This document shows positions 35,670-47,760 of a stretch of DNA of 64,000 nucleotides, in pieces. Each line of letters begins with the position of its first letter. Position 1 is the stretch's first letter. The stretch comes from Nemertoderma westbladi (taxonomy: Eukaryota > Animalia > Xenacoelomorpha). The translations under genes and the position numbers were made by a program. The notes beneath the pieces are model-generated. The model was not told where the DNA came from. It did not search any database and saw only the letters and a program-made list of their open reading frames with translations. The DNA lies in assembly GCA_032718475.1 (NCBI GenBank), contig JAUCBJ010001166.1, positions 86,254 through 150,253 on the forward strand, in the 5' to 3' direction.

Positions 35670-37230
35670 CCCTATTAAACCCGGGGGGGGGGGGGGTCAA
35701 TATGACCCCCCCCCCGTGGTTTTTTTATTATAATTCTAAAACAAACGCAGTTGGGAATCTGAAATTTTATGACTTTTCCTAGAAATCTATTGTCTTCCAA
35801 GTAGTGAAAACCGTTTTCAAAAATATTGGGTAGTTTTCGAGTTATAGCACCATTTTTTAACCCTACTTTTGGCACTTTTTTTGAGACGTTTTTTGAAAAT
35901 TACATTTCATTAAATATTAATTGTAACATCTCTATTTTTGATTTACACCGGTTTTTTGGTATTAGCAATTCGATGGAATTCATATAAATTGTTTTAGAAA
36001 TTTCAAACTTGTTCTTTTCGGCGGGTGCCAAATTTTGGTGCCAGCACCAAATTTTGAAATATGTCAATTTTGTAAATTGATTGTTTGAAACTTGTTTTTC
36101 ACGCAATCGGGGTTTTTTGGGGTTCTGGTTTTGATGAAATATATACGAGTTGCACCAAGCGTATCAAACTTGTATTTTTCGGTGCTGTGTGCAAATTTTG
36201 GTGCTAGCACGAAATTTTGAAAATCCGTTCAATATATAAATTGCTTGTGACAATTTATTTCTTGCATTTTAGAGGTTTATGGCTGTTCTGAATTCAATGG
36301 AATATATAATTATCGAACTAGACATCTCAAACTTGTATTTTTCGGAAGTGGGTGCAAAATGTGGTGCTAGCACCAAATTTTGAAAACCATCATATATATA
36401 AATTGATTGTGTCATCTTGTTTCTTGCGTTATACGGGTTTGTTAGGGTTCTGAATTCAATGGAATTAGTAAAAATGTAATAAGAGTTTTCAAACTTGTAT
36501 TTTTTGTCAGTGGGTGAAAATTGTTGTGCCAGCACCAAATTTTGGAAAATGAGTAAATTGATCAGTAGATAGTATCATCTTGATTCTTGCGTTATACGGG
36601 TTTTTGAGGGTCCTGAATCCGATGGAATCAATAAAAACAGCACTGGACATCGCAAACTTGTACTTTTTGGTTATGGGTACGAAATTTAGTGCTAGCACCA
36701 AAATTTGCCAAATTACGCCGAAAAATACAAGTAGCAATGATCTGGCATATTTGAAATGTATTCCATTAGAATCAGCGCCCAAGAAAACCTGAAAATGTGC
36801 ATTTATAGCATCGTATAAGTGAATTGAAAATTTTGTGTTCTAACTGAAAAGTGCTGGTTACTTGTTTTTTTCATTTTTTTCCTACGCATAGAGGACTAAA
36901 CAGCCATTTATGGTAATCTTATCATTTTTAAATATTTTCAAATGTATTTTGCGCCCCAGAAAACCTGTATTGAAAAACAATTAGCCGAAAAATGTAACTT
37001 TCAAATTTTGTGAAAATTGTGCACTACTTGTAATTTTGGTGCTGCAATATTACCACCCCAGTACATTTTTTCGAAATTTTTTTTTTCGGTCAGATCCAGA
37101 CTAGTGATACCTACGTACAAACAAAAAATCAGACGTTTTCGTTAATATTTGTAGATTTTAGAGGGAGGGGTCAATATGACCCCCCCCCCCCGGTATTTGT
37201 ACAGCATTTTATAGCCCGGTACTAATAGGG
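35670..37230. mobile_element. Non-autonomous piggyBac-type element
   Basis: TTAA|CCCTATTA ... TAATAGGG|TTAA. Subterminal GGGGTCAATATGACCCC palindromes at both ends; internal ~170-bp degenerate tandem repeats (GCACCAAATTTTG). Confidence 0.85.
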
Positions 37231-37755
37231 TTAAAGGAAATTAATTATTTAACAGTATAAGATTTAAATAATTATACTTAAAAATTATACAGATGTAATC
37301 CTCATACCCCATTCTATTATAGTTTTTAATTAGTTCAAGTGATTTGCTTTAATAAATGTGTCTTTAATTGATCTAAACGTAATTAAAGCGGCACAATTAT
37401 TGAGTACAAATTTAATCCTGCCCATTATTGGTTAACATAGTCTCTGCGGGGGCGTGTAGAGCTGCTAGCTGCTCGGAGATGTTGGTGTAGCCTTACCAGA
37501 GGCGAATTGTACTGTAATAGACAGCCAGTAGTATTGCTATAGCAACCCAGACATAACTCCAACCATACACTGCCTGTATTTCAATTCCTATTGACTCTAT
37601 ACTATAAATTTTGTATTTCTTACTATCTCAGGTGACAGAAGATATAATGACTGTTGTAGGCTTATATCTGAAATAGTTTATTCCGCAATATATTTGTCTG
37701 GTTATTTTTTAATTGAATTTTTGCAAAGTAGTAAAATTAATGATCTTAAAAATAA

Positions 37756-38720
37756 TGTCGGTAGAATTAATGGATCTGGTCTGTCGGTAGAATTAATGGA
37801 TCTGGTCTGTCGGTAGAATTTATGGATCTGGTCTGTCGGTAGAATTTATGGATCTGGTCTGTCGGTAGAATTAATGGATCTGGTCTGTCGGTAGAATTTA
37901 TGGATCTGGTCTTCGGTAGAATTAATGGATCTGGTCTGTCGGTAGAATTAATGGATCTGGTCTGTCGGTAGAATTAATGGATCTTGTCTGTCGGTAGAAT
38001 TAATGGATCTGGTCTGTCGGTAGAATTAATGGATCTGGTCTGTCGGTAGAATTAATGGATCTGGTCTGTCGGTAGAATTAATGGATCTGGTCTGTCGGTA
38101 GAATTTATGGATCTGGTCTGTCGGTAGAATTAATGGATCTGGTCTGTCGGTAGAATTTATGGATCTGGTCTGTCGGTAGAATTAATTAATGGATCTGGTC
38201 TGTCGGTAGAATTAATGGATCTGGTCTGTCGGTAGAATTTATGGATCTGGTCTGTCGGTAGAATTTATGGATCTGGTCTGTCGGTAGAATTAATTAATGG
38301 ATGTGGTCTGTCGGTAGAATTAATGGATCTGGTCTGTCGGTAGAATTTATGGATCTGGTCTGTCGGTAGAATTAATTAATGGATCTGGTCTGTCGGTAGA
38401 ATTAATGGATCTGGTCTGTCGGTAGAATTAATGGATCTTGTCTGTCGGTAGAATTAATGGATCTGGTCTGTCGGTAGAATTAATGGATCTGGTCTGTCGG
38501 TAAAATTAATGGATCTGGTCTGTCGGTAGAATTAATGGATCTGGTCTGTCGGTAGAATTAATGGATCTGGTCTGTCGGTAGAATTAATGGATCTGGTCTG
38601 TCGGTAGAATTAATGGATCTGGTCTGTCGGTAGAATTTATGGATCTGGTCTGTCGGTAGAATTAATGGATCTGGTCTGTCGGTAGAATTTATGGATCTGG
38701 TCTGTCGGTAGAATTAATGG
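37756..38720 (+). repeat. 26-bp minisatellite, ~37 copies
   Basis: Unit TGTCGGTAGAATT(A/T)ATGGATCTGGTC, head to tail, no spacers. Confidence 0.98.
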
Positions 38721-39156
38721 GTTCACATGTCTGATGTATGGTGGAGAAGGAGTACTATGTGAACCTAGAACCGATATCGATTCTTTAAGACTCCGCTTAT
38801 TTACAAAGGGTAAAGGTTTGGAAATGTTACCACCCACTAAAGACGCACTTGAACTGCATTATATAAGGGCCAATCATCAAACAAAGATTTGGCTGAACAC
38901 CAACTCGGCTTCGGAAGACCATTTATTATGTGGTTGTTGGAAGATGGCATCTGGAGTAATGAAGATTACTTGGACTCGACTGCAGCCAGTCCCGAAAGCT
39001 TGTGTGGAGCTTGTTTATTGTAGTTGTAAACTGAAGTGTAGCACTGCTCGATGCAGTTGTTATAAACTTGGCCAAGTCTGCCTTCCGGCATGCAATTGTG
39101 AAAGGACAGGATGCTGCAATCCCATTGGACAAATTAATATAACAGAGATCGAATAA
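38721..39156 (+). pseudogene. C-terminus of Academ(X)-type transposon protein (LPPT motif + Cys8/CXC finger)
   Basis: FTCLMYG...LRLRLF...LPPTKDALELHYIRANHQTKIW...CSCKLKCSTARCSCYKLGQVCLPACNCERTGCCN. Confidence 0.7.
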
Positions 39157-40197
39157 GGATTCATAGTTTAAACGCGTATGATCAAATTTCTTAAATAGAT
39201 AAATTGGAGGTAACGGTACGCGGTACGGATTATTAACTGTAGTTCTCGATCGATAAACGCCAGAGATACTTCAAAATTCATATTTGTATTAAACAATTAT
39301 TTCCCAAAGACACAACAGGATGTTGATTAACAGTCGAAGGTTATAGCTATGCGACGTGTTTCACATTTAATCTCCCAAAACTCTGGAAAGGTATAAACTG
39401 AGGAAAACTGCATTATAGTTACCTGTAAATTAAATTCTTATTAAATTGTCTTATTTGGTCTGTTGCTATGGTAACCTGGACTGTAAATGTCACCCGAATG
39501 TGTACAATATGACGGGAAGTATCAACATGCTACTTAGCTGTAGAGATATTTTTAAATAATTACAAATATGGGAGCAAATATTTGAGTAAAGGTACGCGAA
39601 TTCTCTACTTAAACTTAATATTTTGATACTTCTGAAAATTACTCAGGTCCAAATAATGGGCTTGTGTCTGCGACATTGGATGCTATTTGATATTATAATA
39701 CCCTTGATGTGTTCCCAGGATGTTATTTAAGTTGTGTGATGGGTTTTTTAATTTTAAAACAGTTTGTTGATTTTATCAGGAAAAGGACAGGTGAGAGAAA
39801 GCAATTATTAAATTAAATTTCATAAATCTGTTGCTAAGGCGGTAACTAGGGCCCGTTTGGAAGAATGGAAGGGAATTTCGGAAATTTTTTTCTTCTCCAA
39901 AGTATTTATAACTGTTTCAGGACAACATTGATCCATTTTGATTAACTTTCAATAAACACACTGGTTAAGAGACGAGATTTACTAACATTCACCATGAACT
40001 TGTATCCTAAAATCGAAAAAACCCATTTTTGAGCAAAAAACTTTGAAGCCTAAAAAAAGGCATTAAATCAAAAATGCAGAGGTGGCATCCAGCCTAGCCG
40101 GATTCGCCATGTCTTGAAGTACAAAAATCAGGTGGATGCCAACCATTAACAAAAAATGCCATCTAAACTTAATTTTCGGGAGTTGGCAGGTAGACTA

Positions 40198-42026
40198 ATA
40201 CGTAAATACTCTAAACAGTTAGTCTTTCTTGCGCGGACGGCGTTTACGCAGTTTTTTAAAGCTAGCCAGAGTCTTTTTCTCTTTGGGACGAGCCACTTTA
40301 CAAGGAGGGCTATAACTCCTGGGTGAAGGGTGCAATATGATTGCATCAGAGGGTGTAGGATTAGGGTCGGTGTATCCGCCGGTCGAAGTGCCGGGTTGGT
40401 TGACATCACGTCGGGGGAGAGGGGTCTAACAGCCTTTAGAGCGCGTTTTAGGACGGCCGCTCTTACGGGTCCTTTACGAGTGGTCTGAACGAGCGCCGTG
40501 GGTGGACCATAGGCAGTCAGAAACTTCCTGGGTTTAATGGTTCTTTCCAACTCGCGTTCGCGGGCTCGGTATTCGTAAGGCCGTTGATATACTTCCTGTA
40601 ACTCGGGGTGTGAGTTAACAAATAAGTCTCCATAGCTCGGATCCTGACGGATAAAATTGATTAAGTTATAGGAGTGAATGTCGCTAGGATTAATACTCCT
40701 GAGAAATTTGCGTACGAACTTGGTTGAAATACATTCTCCGACGCGCTTCAGTAGTTCGTAACTCGATATACGTGATTTCTGTTCGACAGAAGCGAATAGA
40801 TAAGGATGGAACGCATAAACTCCTTCGTAAGCGCGTCCAGGATAATAGCGATGGCGCGAATCACAATGTAAATCAGCGTTCGCTTCCCAAGCTCTGATGT
40901 AACGTAGTGTAATCATTTCATCTACGCTTTCCAAATCGTGATTAAAAGGGCAATCGAAACTGGCGTGTCCCTTTAGTTGACAATGGTGACATTGAGTCAT
41001 AAATTGAGGGCAAACCGCAAAAATGTGCAAGTTATTGAGTCTGCAATATGCACAATAAATTTCCATCGCCGGTTTTTCGTGGAAATAGGAACAGCGAATA
41101 TAGTTCGGGAGGATCAGTGATACTGCCAGGACCAAAAGTCCGAAGTCTCACTGGGAAATGAGGAGGCCTGACCGAGTATTCCGGAACTCTGATCATGGGT
41201 TTATTTAGCGATCGTTTAAGACGAGCGATCGTAAGTGATACGTCGAACAGGTTTCGCTCGAAACTCCCGTAAGTATAACGCGTAAAACTGTGTTTAGCGC
41301 AACGTCTCCGCGGATGTTTATGTCTTTCAGTTTGTTGGTTGGGTCTAGGGCATTCGTCACAACAATACCAAAGACGTACGTCCTGTAGAGGAAACGCGGG
41401 TGATCGTTCTCCAGCTCCGCAATATTCTTCCATTTGTTCAAAACTATCCGGGATAACAGGTAGTGGACGAGCGGCGGTAAGATACATCATAGTGAAATAG
41501 AGCCGTTTGAGCTCTACCATAGGGTCATGATGTATACCTTGAGGATATCGAGTCTCTAGGTTCTGCTGACTGGCGATGTTGAGATAGGTTTCTCTCAAAA
41601 TTCTAGGTAGTCGTTGAAGTCGATGCGTTTATCCGGTTCTTCAACGTTTTCTCTTTCCAGTCTGTTACGAATAGAATTTTCGTGTTCTATTCTCGGTTTA
41701 TCGTTACGACTCCGCTGGGTATGATATTTAAATAGAGCCATTTCCCTTTCGGTGTCTACATCGTCCGTATCATGTAAATCGATAGGATGGCCGGTAGTTA
41801 AGAAGTCCATACACGTACCATTACGATGCGTATAGCGAGCGGTGAATTTTCGATAGTCCAATTCATGCATAAGTTGCTCTTGGGACATCGGCGGTTCGAT
41901 GTAACGGCCATCGTCTTCCGTAATGGTTGGATCGGCTTCACCGCGTATCAAGCTATCCACAAATGCTTGTAAAGGTAGAGTATATCGCTCCCTGATACCA
42001 AGATCATCTTCTATCAACTCCGTCAT
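40198..42026 (-). pseudogene. Unknown ~600-codon zinc-knuckle protein ORF in three overlapping frames, downstream of BEL/Pao pol remnant
   Basis: ORFs 41595-42026, 41032-41598 and 40146-41135 abut or overlap. Knuckles CAYCRLNNLHIFAVC and CHHCQLKGHASFDC; GC content clearly above the flanks; cut at 40197 by the Academ-like end. Confidence 0.65.
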
Positions 42027-42839
42027 ATCTGCTATTTGGGTTTATTAATATTATAATGAGTTTATGTTTAGGTGAGCGGGCGTCGCTGCCTACCTTTCTT
42101 TGCCCCTGGACAGTGGGATTCTCAGCGCCGATGTACCGTCGTCGCGGTGTTTACGCCAACATGTAGCAACAGCACGACAACGATAACCGGCACAAGTCAC
42201 TCCACTGTCCGTCCCAAAGGCTTGAATCCACTTTAGGTTCTTTCTATAGGAGAGTTGGGCTACTTTCACAATTGCGACTAGCTACTGTAAACATACTTTA
42301 GCAGTAACATTCACCTATAAACACACAAATTCCACACAACTGTCACCAATTGTACACATACAGGCCATTTGTCCGTTAGTCAGTGCCTTCCAGAATGTCA
42401 CGTTATTACTGTGTATCTTTGGATACTAACAGTGTGCTATGCATTCTCTATGCTAGGCAATGGGACAAGCTTTCTATTGTTCTTTTCACTTGCTTCTAAT
42501 TCTAGCGTGGGTGTTGCTATGGTGACATTATGGAAAGCTAGCGGTAGAATTAGGGTAATTCTCATGCATACAGATCTGGAATGCTATTTAATAGTAATTC
42601 TTTAATTGTCAATATCCTCTTTATACATGATTTTATTAATTTTATCGGCTATTGACTATATGTCGGAGATTCTCGCGCTCTAATACACTCAATAAGATGG
42701 CTCTCCGCTCCCATGATTTATTAATTAATGGAATTTTGGGAATGTTATAAATTGCACAAATGACAATTTATGAAATTCATTTAAGATATGAATTTAAATT
42801 TATTCCTGTGAATTTTATTATTTGATGGTAAAATTGACA

Positions 42840-43110
42840 CAATTTTATTCCAGAGCATGTCTGGGGACCTAGGATCCTTAATTCTATAAAATTGTCTTTT
42901 AAGAGTATCGGTAAGTGCTGCGATATCTTAATTGACTAGAAATTTTAAAGGATCTGTATTTTACAGATTTTAATAAATATTAAATTAATATTTAAGATAG
43001 GCACCGATTTATTCCAGAACTTGTCTGGGGACGTTAACCACTGATTCTAGAATTTGTCTTTCAAGTATATCGGTGGGTGCCGCGATATCTTAATCGACTA
43101 GAATTACAGA
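42840..43110. repeat. Two-copy ~165-bp tandem duplication
   Basis: TTTATTCCAGA.C.TGTCTGGGGAC...TATCGGT..GTGC.GCGATATCTTAAT.GACTAGAA occurs twice. Confidence 0.8.
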
Positions 43111-43628
43111 TGGTCAAAAGGTTTAACAGATTTATTTGCGTTTCACGCTACTGTTAGAGGGACATCACGCTACTATATGTATTATTTAATATAAAGTAGA
43201 AGAGCAATATCGCACGAAGCAATGTCAGTGTGAAGAGGCAAGTCGTTTCCAAGGTCTACCCAGAGCTTGGTTTAGCTGAGACACGAGGATCTGAAATTTG
43301 CATTCCTAATACTCTGCCTACCAAGAATACTTAAATATAGTAGGAGCTTTATTGTACTTTAATAAGTACTGACATGTCATCTTACTATAGTCTCGTATTT
43401 ATAATATAATACGGACAGTAAGGAAAAAGAAAGAATTATTTCTCGCCGTCACACTAAATATATATTATGTGTAATTACGTAATAAACACTAATATATTGC
43501 ACTAACCTACTAAATAATCTAAAATAACATTCTACTAAATAAAATTAAATAAAACGATTATAATAAAATTACATAATAATACATACATAAATATAAAATA
43601 AAAACAAATATAAAATGATATAGTCACA

Positions 43629-43638
43629 CGCCCACTCC
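43629..43638 (-). promoter_or_regulatory. Putative PPT of BEL/Pao element
   Basis: GGAGTGGGCG followed by TGTG on the minus strand, just after the integrase C-terminal remnant. Confidence 0.5.
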
Positions 43639-43646
43639 ATATGTTA

Positions 43647-43886
43647 TTACGTTATGGAGTCCCTAGATATTTGTCGGATTAGGGAAGTGGTCGTAGGAAG
43701 AGTATCTTGCCTTCCATAGTTTCCGGACAGTTTTCGGTCTCTTTCCAGTAAACATAAACGACCAGCTGGGCGATTGAGTTGTTGTGTTACTTTCTCCGCT
43801 CCCTTGGCCTGTCTAATCTCCGCCGTGGTAAGATGAGGAGACCATTCTTCTTCTTCTTTACTTAAGAAGTCGGATCCACCTAACCA
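43647..43886 (-). pseudogene. Residual BEL/Pao pol islands (post-RNase H motif fused to integrase tail)
   Basis: WLGGSDFLSKEEEEWSP (W..GP.FL....E.WP motif) followed directly by TAEIR...LNRPAGRLCLLE (RP..KLC.LE integrase end). Confidence 0.7.
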
Positions 43887-46800
43887 GCCTGGAATCGAGG
43901 TATCTTAAGCTGTTGGATGCTCTCGTCCTCGTCCCAGTTATAAGGTTCTACTTGGGTAGTAGCGAGGTTCTTTATAGCCACCAGTTTTACTGACCTTATA
44001 CTTTGTGCTCCTAATTTATCCTGGGGGGTGAACAACGCACCTACATAGTAATCTGCCGTTATGGTAGATTTCCAAACCTGCATAATTCCGGACATATTCA
44101 ACTTAGTTTGGAATTTGGGTTGTCCAGCAAAGATGTCTTCGGCTAGTTCTTGATCGATGAATGTTCCTGTGCTGCCGGAGTCAAGGAGGGCGTTCACTAT
44201 GTAACTTTTGTTAGGACCGTGAACTCTTACCTGCACTACAGGAAATTCTCTGATTCCTACGTTGGAAGTTGGAGGTTTCCAAGATGGTTGTCTGTCAAAG
44301 GTAGTTGGGGGGAACTCATTGTCGGTGTCCTTTTCATGCGTAAGTGCTCGATACACTGCGGTATTTATTAGGTAACAGGATTCGTTGGCGTCGGAGAATT
44401 CGTCCGTATAGAATCCTTCCATCTCAGATTCTTGATCAGTGTCATTTACATCACTGAATTGGACATGTAGTTCGGGCTCACTTACCTGACTCGGGTTGTC
44501 TCGTTCGAACTCACTGTGTAACAAGATGTGATGTTTCGCGCCACACTTTGCACACTTTACGTCGGAGTAACAGGTTCGCCGTTGGTGTCCTTGTCTGAGG
44601 CAATTATAGCATAACCGCTTATCCCACATGACTTCACGTCTGTCTACCAGGGATTTCTTTAGGAATTCAGCACACACACTCAAACGGTGGGGCCCGTCGC
44701 ACAGCGCACATTTTGGTTTGATGTTACTCACTTTACCTTGGGTAACGTTATGCACTCTCGTTCTTTCTTCGGGCTTTCTTCCGTGAATTCTCTTAGGAGA
44801 CGTAGGAGGAGTTGTTGTTACCTGTTCTCTCCTGTCACTGGTTCGAGACTTATATTTACTTACGTCTTTATAGGTCTTGTTGTCATAGTAAGATTTTGCT
44901 GTGTCTTTCCCGCTGTCCTCTTCTTGAGAAGCTTGGCTTTCGCCGTCGTCAGTATAACACACTGGTGTTACCCTTCTCCTAGAAAAGGGTTTCTCACTTA
45001 CCTTATTTTCCGATGTTTTCTCTCTGGACTGCTTTATGAGTTGTAATTTTACTTCACTATCTAAGAAGGACATGAGATCAGCCATGGTAGGGCCTCGTCG
45101 TTGCTGCTCATTCATATACAACACTTTCTTGTCCCAGCGTGTACATACTCCACCCTTTGGTAAAGTAGAGACTACGGCTCCAATAACCATGGAACTCTGA
45201 TATTCATGAGACTTACCTAACCAATCCAATTGTCTACAGATCTCCTGAATCTCATCGGAAAACTCTATAATCCCGCTACTAAGGAACTTTCGGGGGGCTA
45301 CTAATTTTGCATACAAATACTTAGCTATATTATCCTTGTTACCATACCTGATGTTTAATGTATCCCAAACTTGTCTTAATCCATCTGGATGTCCAATAAA
45401 CTTTAACGCCATTAACTTGGGAGGTCCTTCCAAGCACTTGATGAGAAATCTAAGTTTCTCTCCGTTAGATAGTACAGAGTTCTGTATGCTATCTTTGTAA
45501 TATTCATTGAAAGGTAACCATTTCATCACATCTCCATTGAATTTGACGATTTCTTCCACTTTGACCGCTTGGCGGGCTTCTGTTCTAGCCATCTGACGCG
45601 TAAAGCTTTCTTGGGCCATCGTATTATTTAATATCGAATTATCGGTATATAAATTTCTCGGATTATTATCAGGTCTATAGGGAATATCATTAACAACAGG
45701 TTCATAATCACCCTTAATAGGGTTTGCTATAGGAGTTTCTACTTCACTAGCAGTATAGATGCGTGTAGGCTCCACACCTTGCGCATGTAATACTTCAGAC
45801 CTAACAGGTTGACACAATGTTACAGGGGGTATTGGTATACCCTTTTGTATATTGACTAAGTTGTCGCGTTCTAGCGCGATACTTTGCTGCACTTCTTGCA
45901 ATTCTACCCTACTTTCCCTTAATGTTCCCTTAAGTTGGTGGACAGTCTTCTGCATCTGTCCGAGCAGGAGATTCATCCCCCGCCGTCCCTCCTCTACCCA
46001 CTCGACCGCCGAAGCGGGAGTCGCCAACATTGTAGCGGGCAGACGCGGGACGACGGGAGACAAATCTTTGATTTCTCTCTCAGCGTCCAGGACAGGGATA
46101 TTCTCATGGACTGTTCTACCGGGTACAGGCAGTGTAGTACTGTGTAAAGGGAATTTAGAGTTAAGCTCTGAAAGTACAGGGTTCTCTAGCACAGAAGTGG
46201 CTTTGGGAACGACAGGCCCAATTATTTCAGGCTCATCAACTATAGTAGGGAGTCTTTTGACCTTAATAATTTGGTCCGTGGGTTCTGTACTACCTAAGTC
46301 TGTGCTAGCTGGTTGTCTTCTAACAGCTGGGGGCAAATCAGGCAATTTGTGACGGTGAGATGTTTTTCTACGCCTGCTTAGACGAGATCTATTTCCTCCG
46401 CCTTCAGGATCTGTAGTCTCGCCTTCCTCCGATGATGTGTATTCCTGGCGTCTGGGAGTAGATCGACTCATCATCTGCATTTGACTAGCAGTTAATTGTT
46501 TATTTATGTTGTCTTGCGTCTCTTGCAGATTTTCCAACTCCAGTTGGGTAGTCTCCTCAGACGCTCTCCGTTCTGCTTCTGCCACTGTCTTTGCTGCTGC
46601 TGCTTTCACTGCCGCTGCCGCTTTTGCCGCTTCTGCTTCTGCCATTGCCGCTGCTACTGCTGCTGCCTTTCGGTCCTCTATCTGTTTTTTCTTTATTTGT
46701 TCTTCTTGGACTCTAGCGAGGCGGAGTCGTTCATCAAATTTAGCTTGGTTCGCAGCTAACATTTCCGCATCGATTGCGTCCAACACAAGCTTGGTTCCTT

Positions 46801-47365
46801 CACTATTAGGGCGAAGTCCAGACAGTCGTCTCCTCAACTCTTTGTCTCCTAGGAATCGCTGATAGTCTGACAGATAGATGTCAATGGCGTCTCTAGTTCG
46901 CGGCTTCTCTGCTGTTGTTAATTCGCTTTCCACTTCGCTTTCCACTTGAGAAGAAGTGGTGTCGGTTGATTCTTCATAGGTTGGCCGCTCATCATAAACC
47001 GTATCCGCCATCTTCGCTCCGCGCTCGGGCGTCCGCTCAACAGTATCCGAACTACTGGAGCTATCGGGCCGCTGAGAACTAGGTTCTTGGCTAGGAGGTT
47101 GCTGCTGTTTGATAGCTGCTTCTTGATCCCGTTTGACTTGGGCCCGAGTGCTGATGATAGACCTACGCTGTTCTACTAGCCTAGGGTCTGACACTACTAC
47201 TGTAGGGATGGCCTTTCTTACAATAGTAGGTGACTTAGACTTGGATCTAGGATGTTCTATACTTTGATCTTGGTCACAGATCCTTTTAATACGCTGTCTA
47301 AGTCTAATACTCATTCTAACACTTTCTAAGAGACTATCTGACAGTGATTGGGTTGCGTCTGACAT
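43880..47365 (-). CDS. BEL/Pao LTR-retrotransposon Gag + aspartic protease, 1161 aa
   Basis: KFNGDVMKWLPF...LSNGEKLRFLIKCLEGPP (DUF1759-type); triple knuckle CALCDGPHRLSVC / CYNCLRQGHQRRTC / CAKCGAKHHILLH; ALLDSGSTGTFI protease; long coiled-coil/low-complexity N-terminus. Confidence 0.92.
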   Translation of the reverse strand: MSDATQSLSDSLLESVRMSIRLRQRIKRICDQDQSIEHPRSKSKSPTIVRKAIPTVVVSDPRLVEQRRSIISTRAQVKRDQEAAIKQQQPPSQEPSSQRPDSSSSSDTVERTPERGAKMADTVYDERPTYEESTDTTSSQVESEVESELTTAEKPRTRDAIDIYLSDYQRFLGDKELRRRLSGLRPNSEGTKLVLDAIDAEMLAANQAKFDERLRLARVQEEQIKKKQIEDRKAAAVAAAMAEAEAAKAAAAVKAAAAKTVAEAERRASEETTQLELENLQETQDNINKQLTASQMQMMSRSTPRRQEYTSSEEGETTDPEGGGNRSRLSRRRKTSHRHKLPDLPPAVRRQPASTDLGSTEPTDQIIKVKRLPTIVDEPEIIGPVVPKATSVLENPVLSELNSKFPLHSTTLPVPGRTVHENIPVLDAEREIKDLSPVVPRLPATMLATPASAVEWVEEGRRGMNLLLGQMQKTVHQLKGTLRESRVELQEVQQSIALERDNLVNIQKGIPIPPVTLCQPVRSEVLHAQGVEPTRIYTASEVETPIANPIKGDYEPVVNDIPYRPDNNPRNLYTDNSILNNTMAQESFTRQMARTEARQAVKVEEIVKFNGDVMKWLPFNEYYKDSIQNSVLSNGEKLRFLIKCLEGPPKLMALKFIGHPDGLRQVWDTLNIRYGNKDNIAKYLYAKLVAPRKFLSSGIIEFSDEIQEICRQLDWLGKSHEYQSSMVIGAVVSTLPKGGVCTRWDKKVLYMNEQQRRGPTMADLMSFLDSEVKLQLIKQSREKTSENKVSEKPFSRRRVTPVCYTDDGESQASQEEDSGKDTAKSYYDNKTYKDVSKYKSRTSDRREQVTTTPPTSPKRIHGRKPEERTRVHNVTQGKVSNIKPKCALCDGPHRLSVCAEFLKKSLVDRREVMWDKRLCYNCLRQGHQRRTCYSDVKCAKCGAKHHILLHSEFERDNPSQVSEPELHVQFSDVNDTDQESEMEGFYTDEFSDANESCYLINTAVYRALTHEKDTDNEFPPTTFDRQPSWKPPTSNVGIREFPVVQVRVHGPNKSYIVNALLDSGSTGTFIDQELAEDIFAGQPKFQTKLNMSGIMQVWKSTITADYYVGALFTPQDKLGAQSIRSVKLVAIKNLATTQVEPYNWDEDESIQQLKIPRFQAG

Positions 47366-47489
47366 GTTTGTTTACACAGTTGAATGCCTACGGCTATAAA
47401 TACAGTTAAAGTAAGTCTAGTAATTCAGTATCACTGTTAGCCTAATAATTAATTACTGATACTGCTACTCAGTGTAGCGTGATATATAT

Positions 47490-47760
47490 ATAATATATTA
47501 GAATACCGGTATGCTTATAGTATATATATAAGTATTATTACAGACTAGATTTGTCACAGAGTACCGGTATATAATTTTAGCACAAATATATATAAATATA
47601 TAATAGGCCTATCGTGAATACCGGTATACAGCTGACACTTATAGTATATATAATAAGTATAATTATTACAGACTAGAATTAATTACAGAATACCGGTATG
47701 ATTTCAGCCTAAATTTATAGAATAAATATAATAAGCCTATTGTAAATACCGGTATGTCAA
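47490..47760. repeat. Degenerate ~125-bp tandem repeats in BEL/Pao 5' leader
   Basis: Repeated CTTATAGTATATA...ATTATTACAGACTAGA...TACCGGTAT blocks. Confidence 0.65.

Larger units (their letters stand above)
37438..40197 (+). mobile_element. Academ-like DNA transposon remnant
   Basis: Imperfect termini TAGTCTCTGC... / ...GCAGGTAGACTA enclosing a Cys8-finger ORF. TSD not convincing. Confidence 0.5.

Noticed and set aside
37756-38720. CRISPR array
   Set aside because: Units are head to tail with no unique spacers; eukaryotic context; no cas genes.
45852-46862. Plus-strand ORFs opposite BEL/Pao gag
   Set aside because: Antisense shadows of the long minus-strand ORF with no independent motifs.
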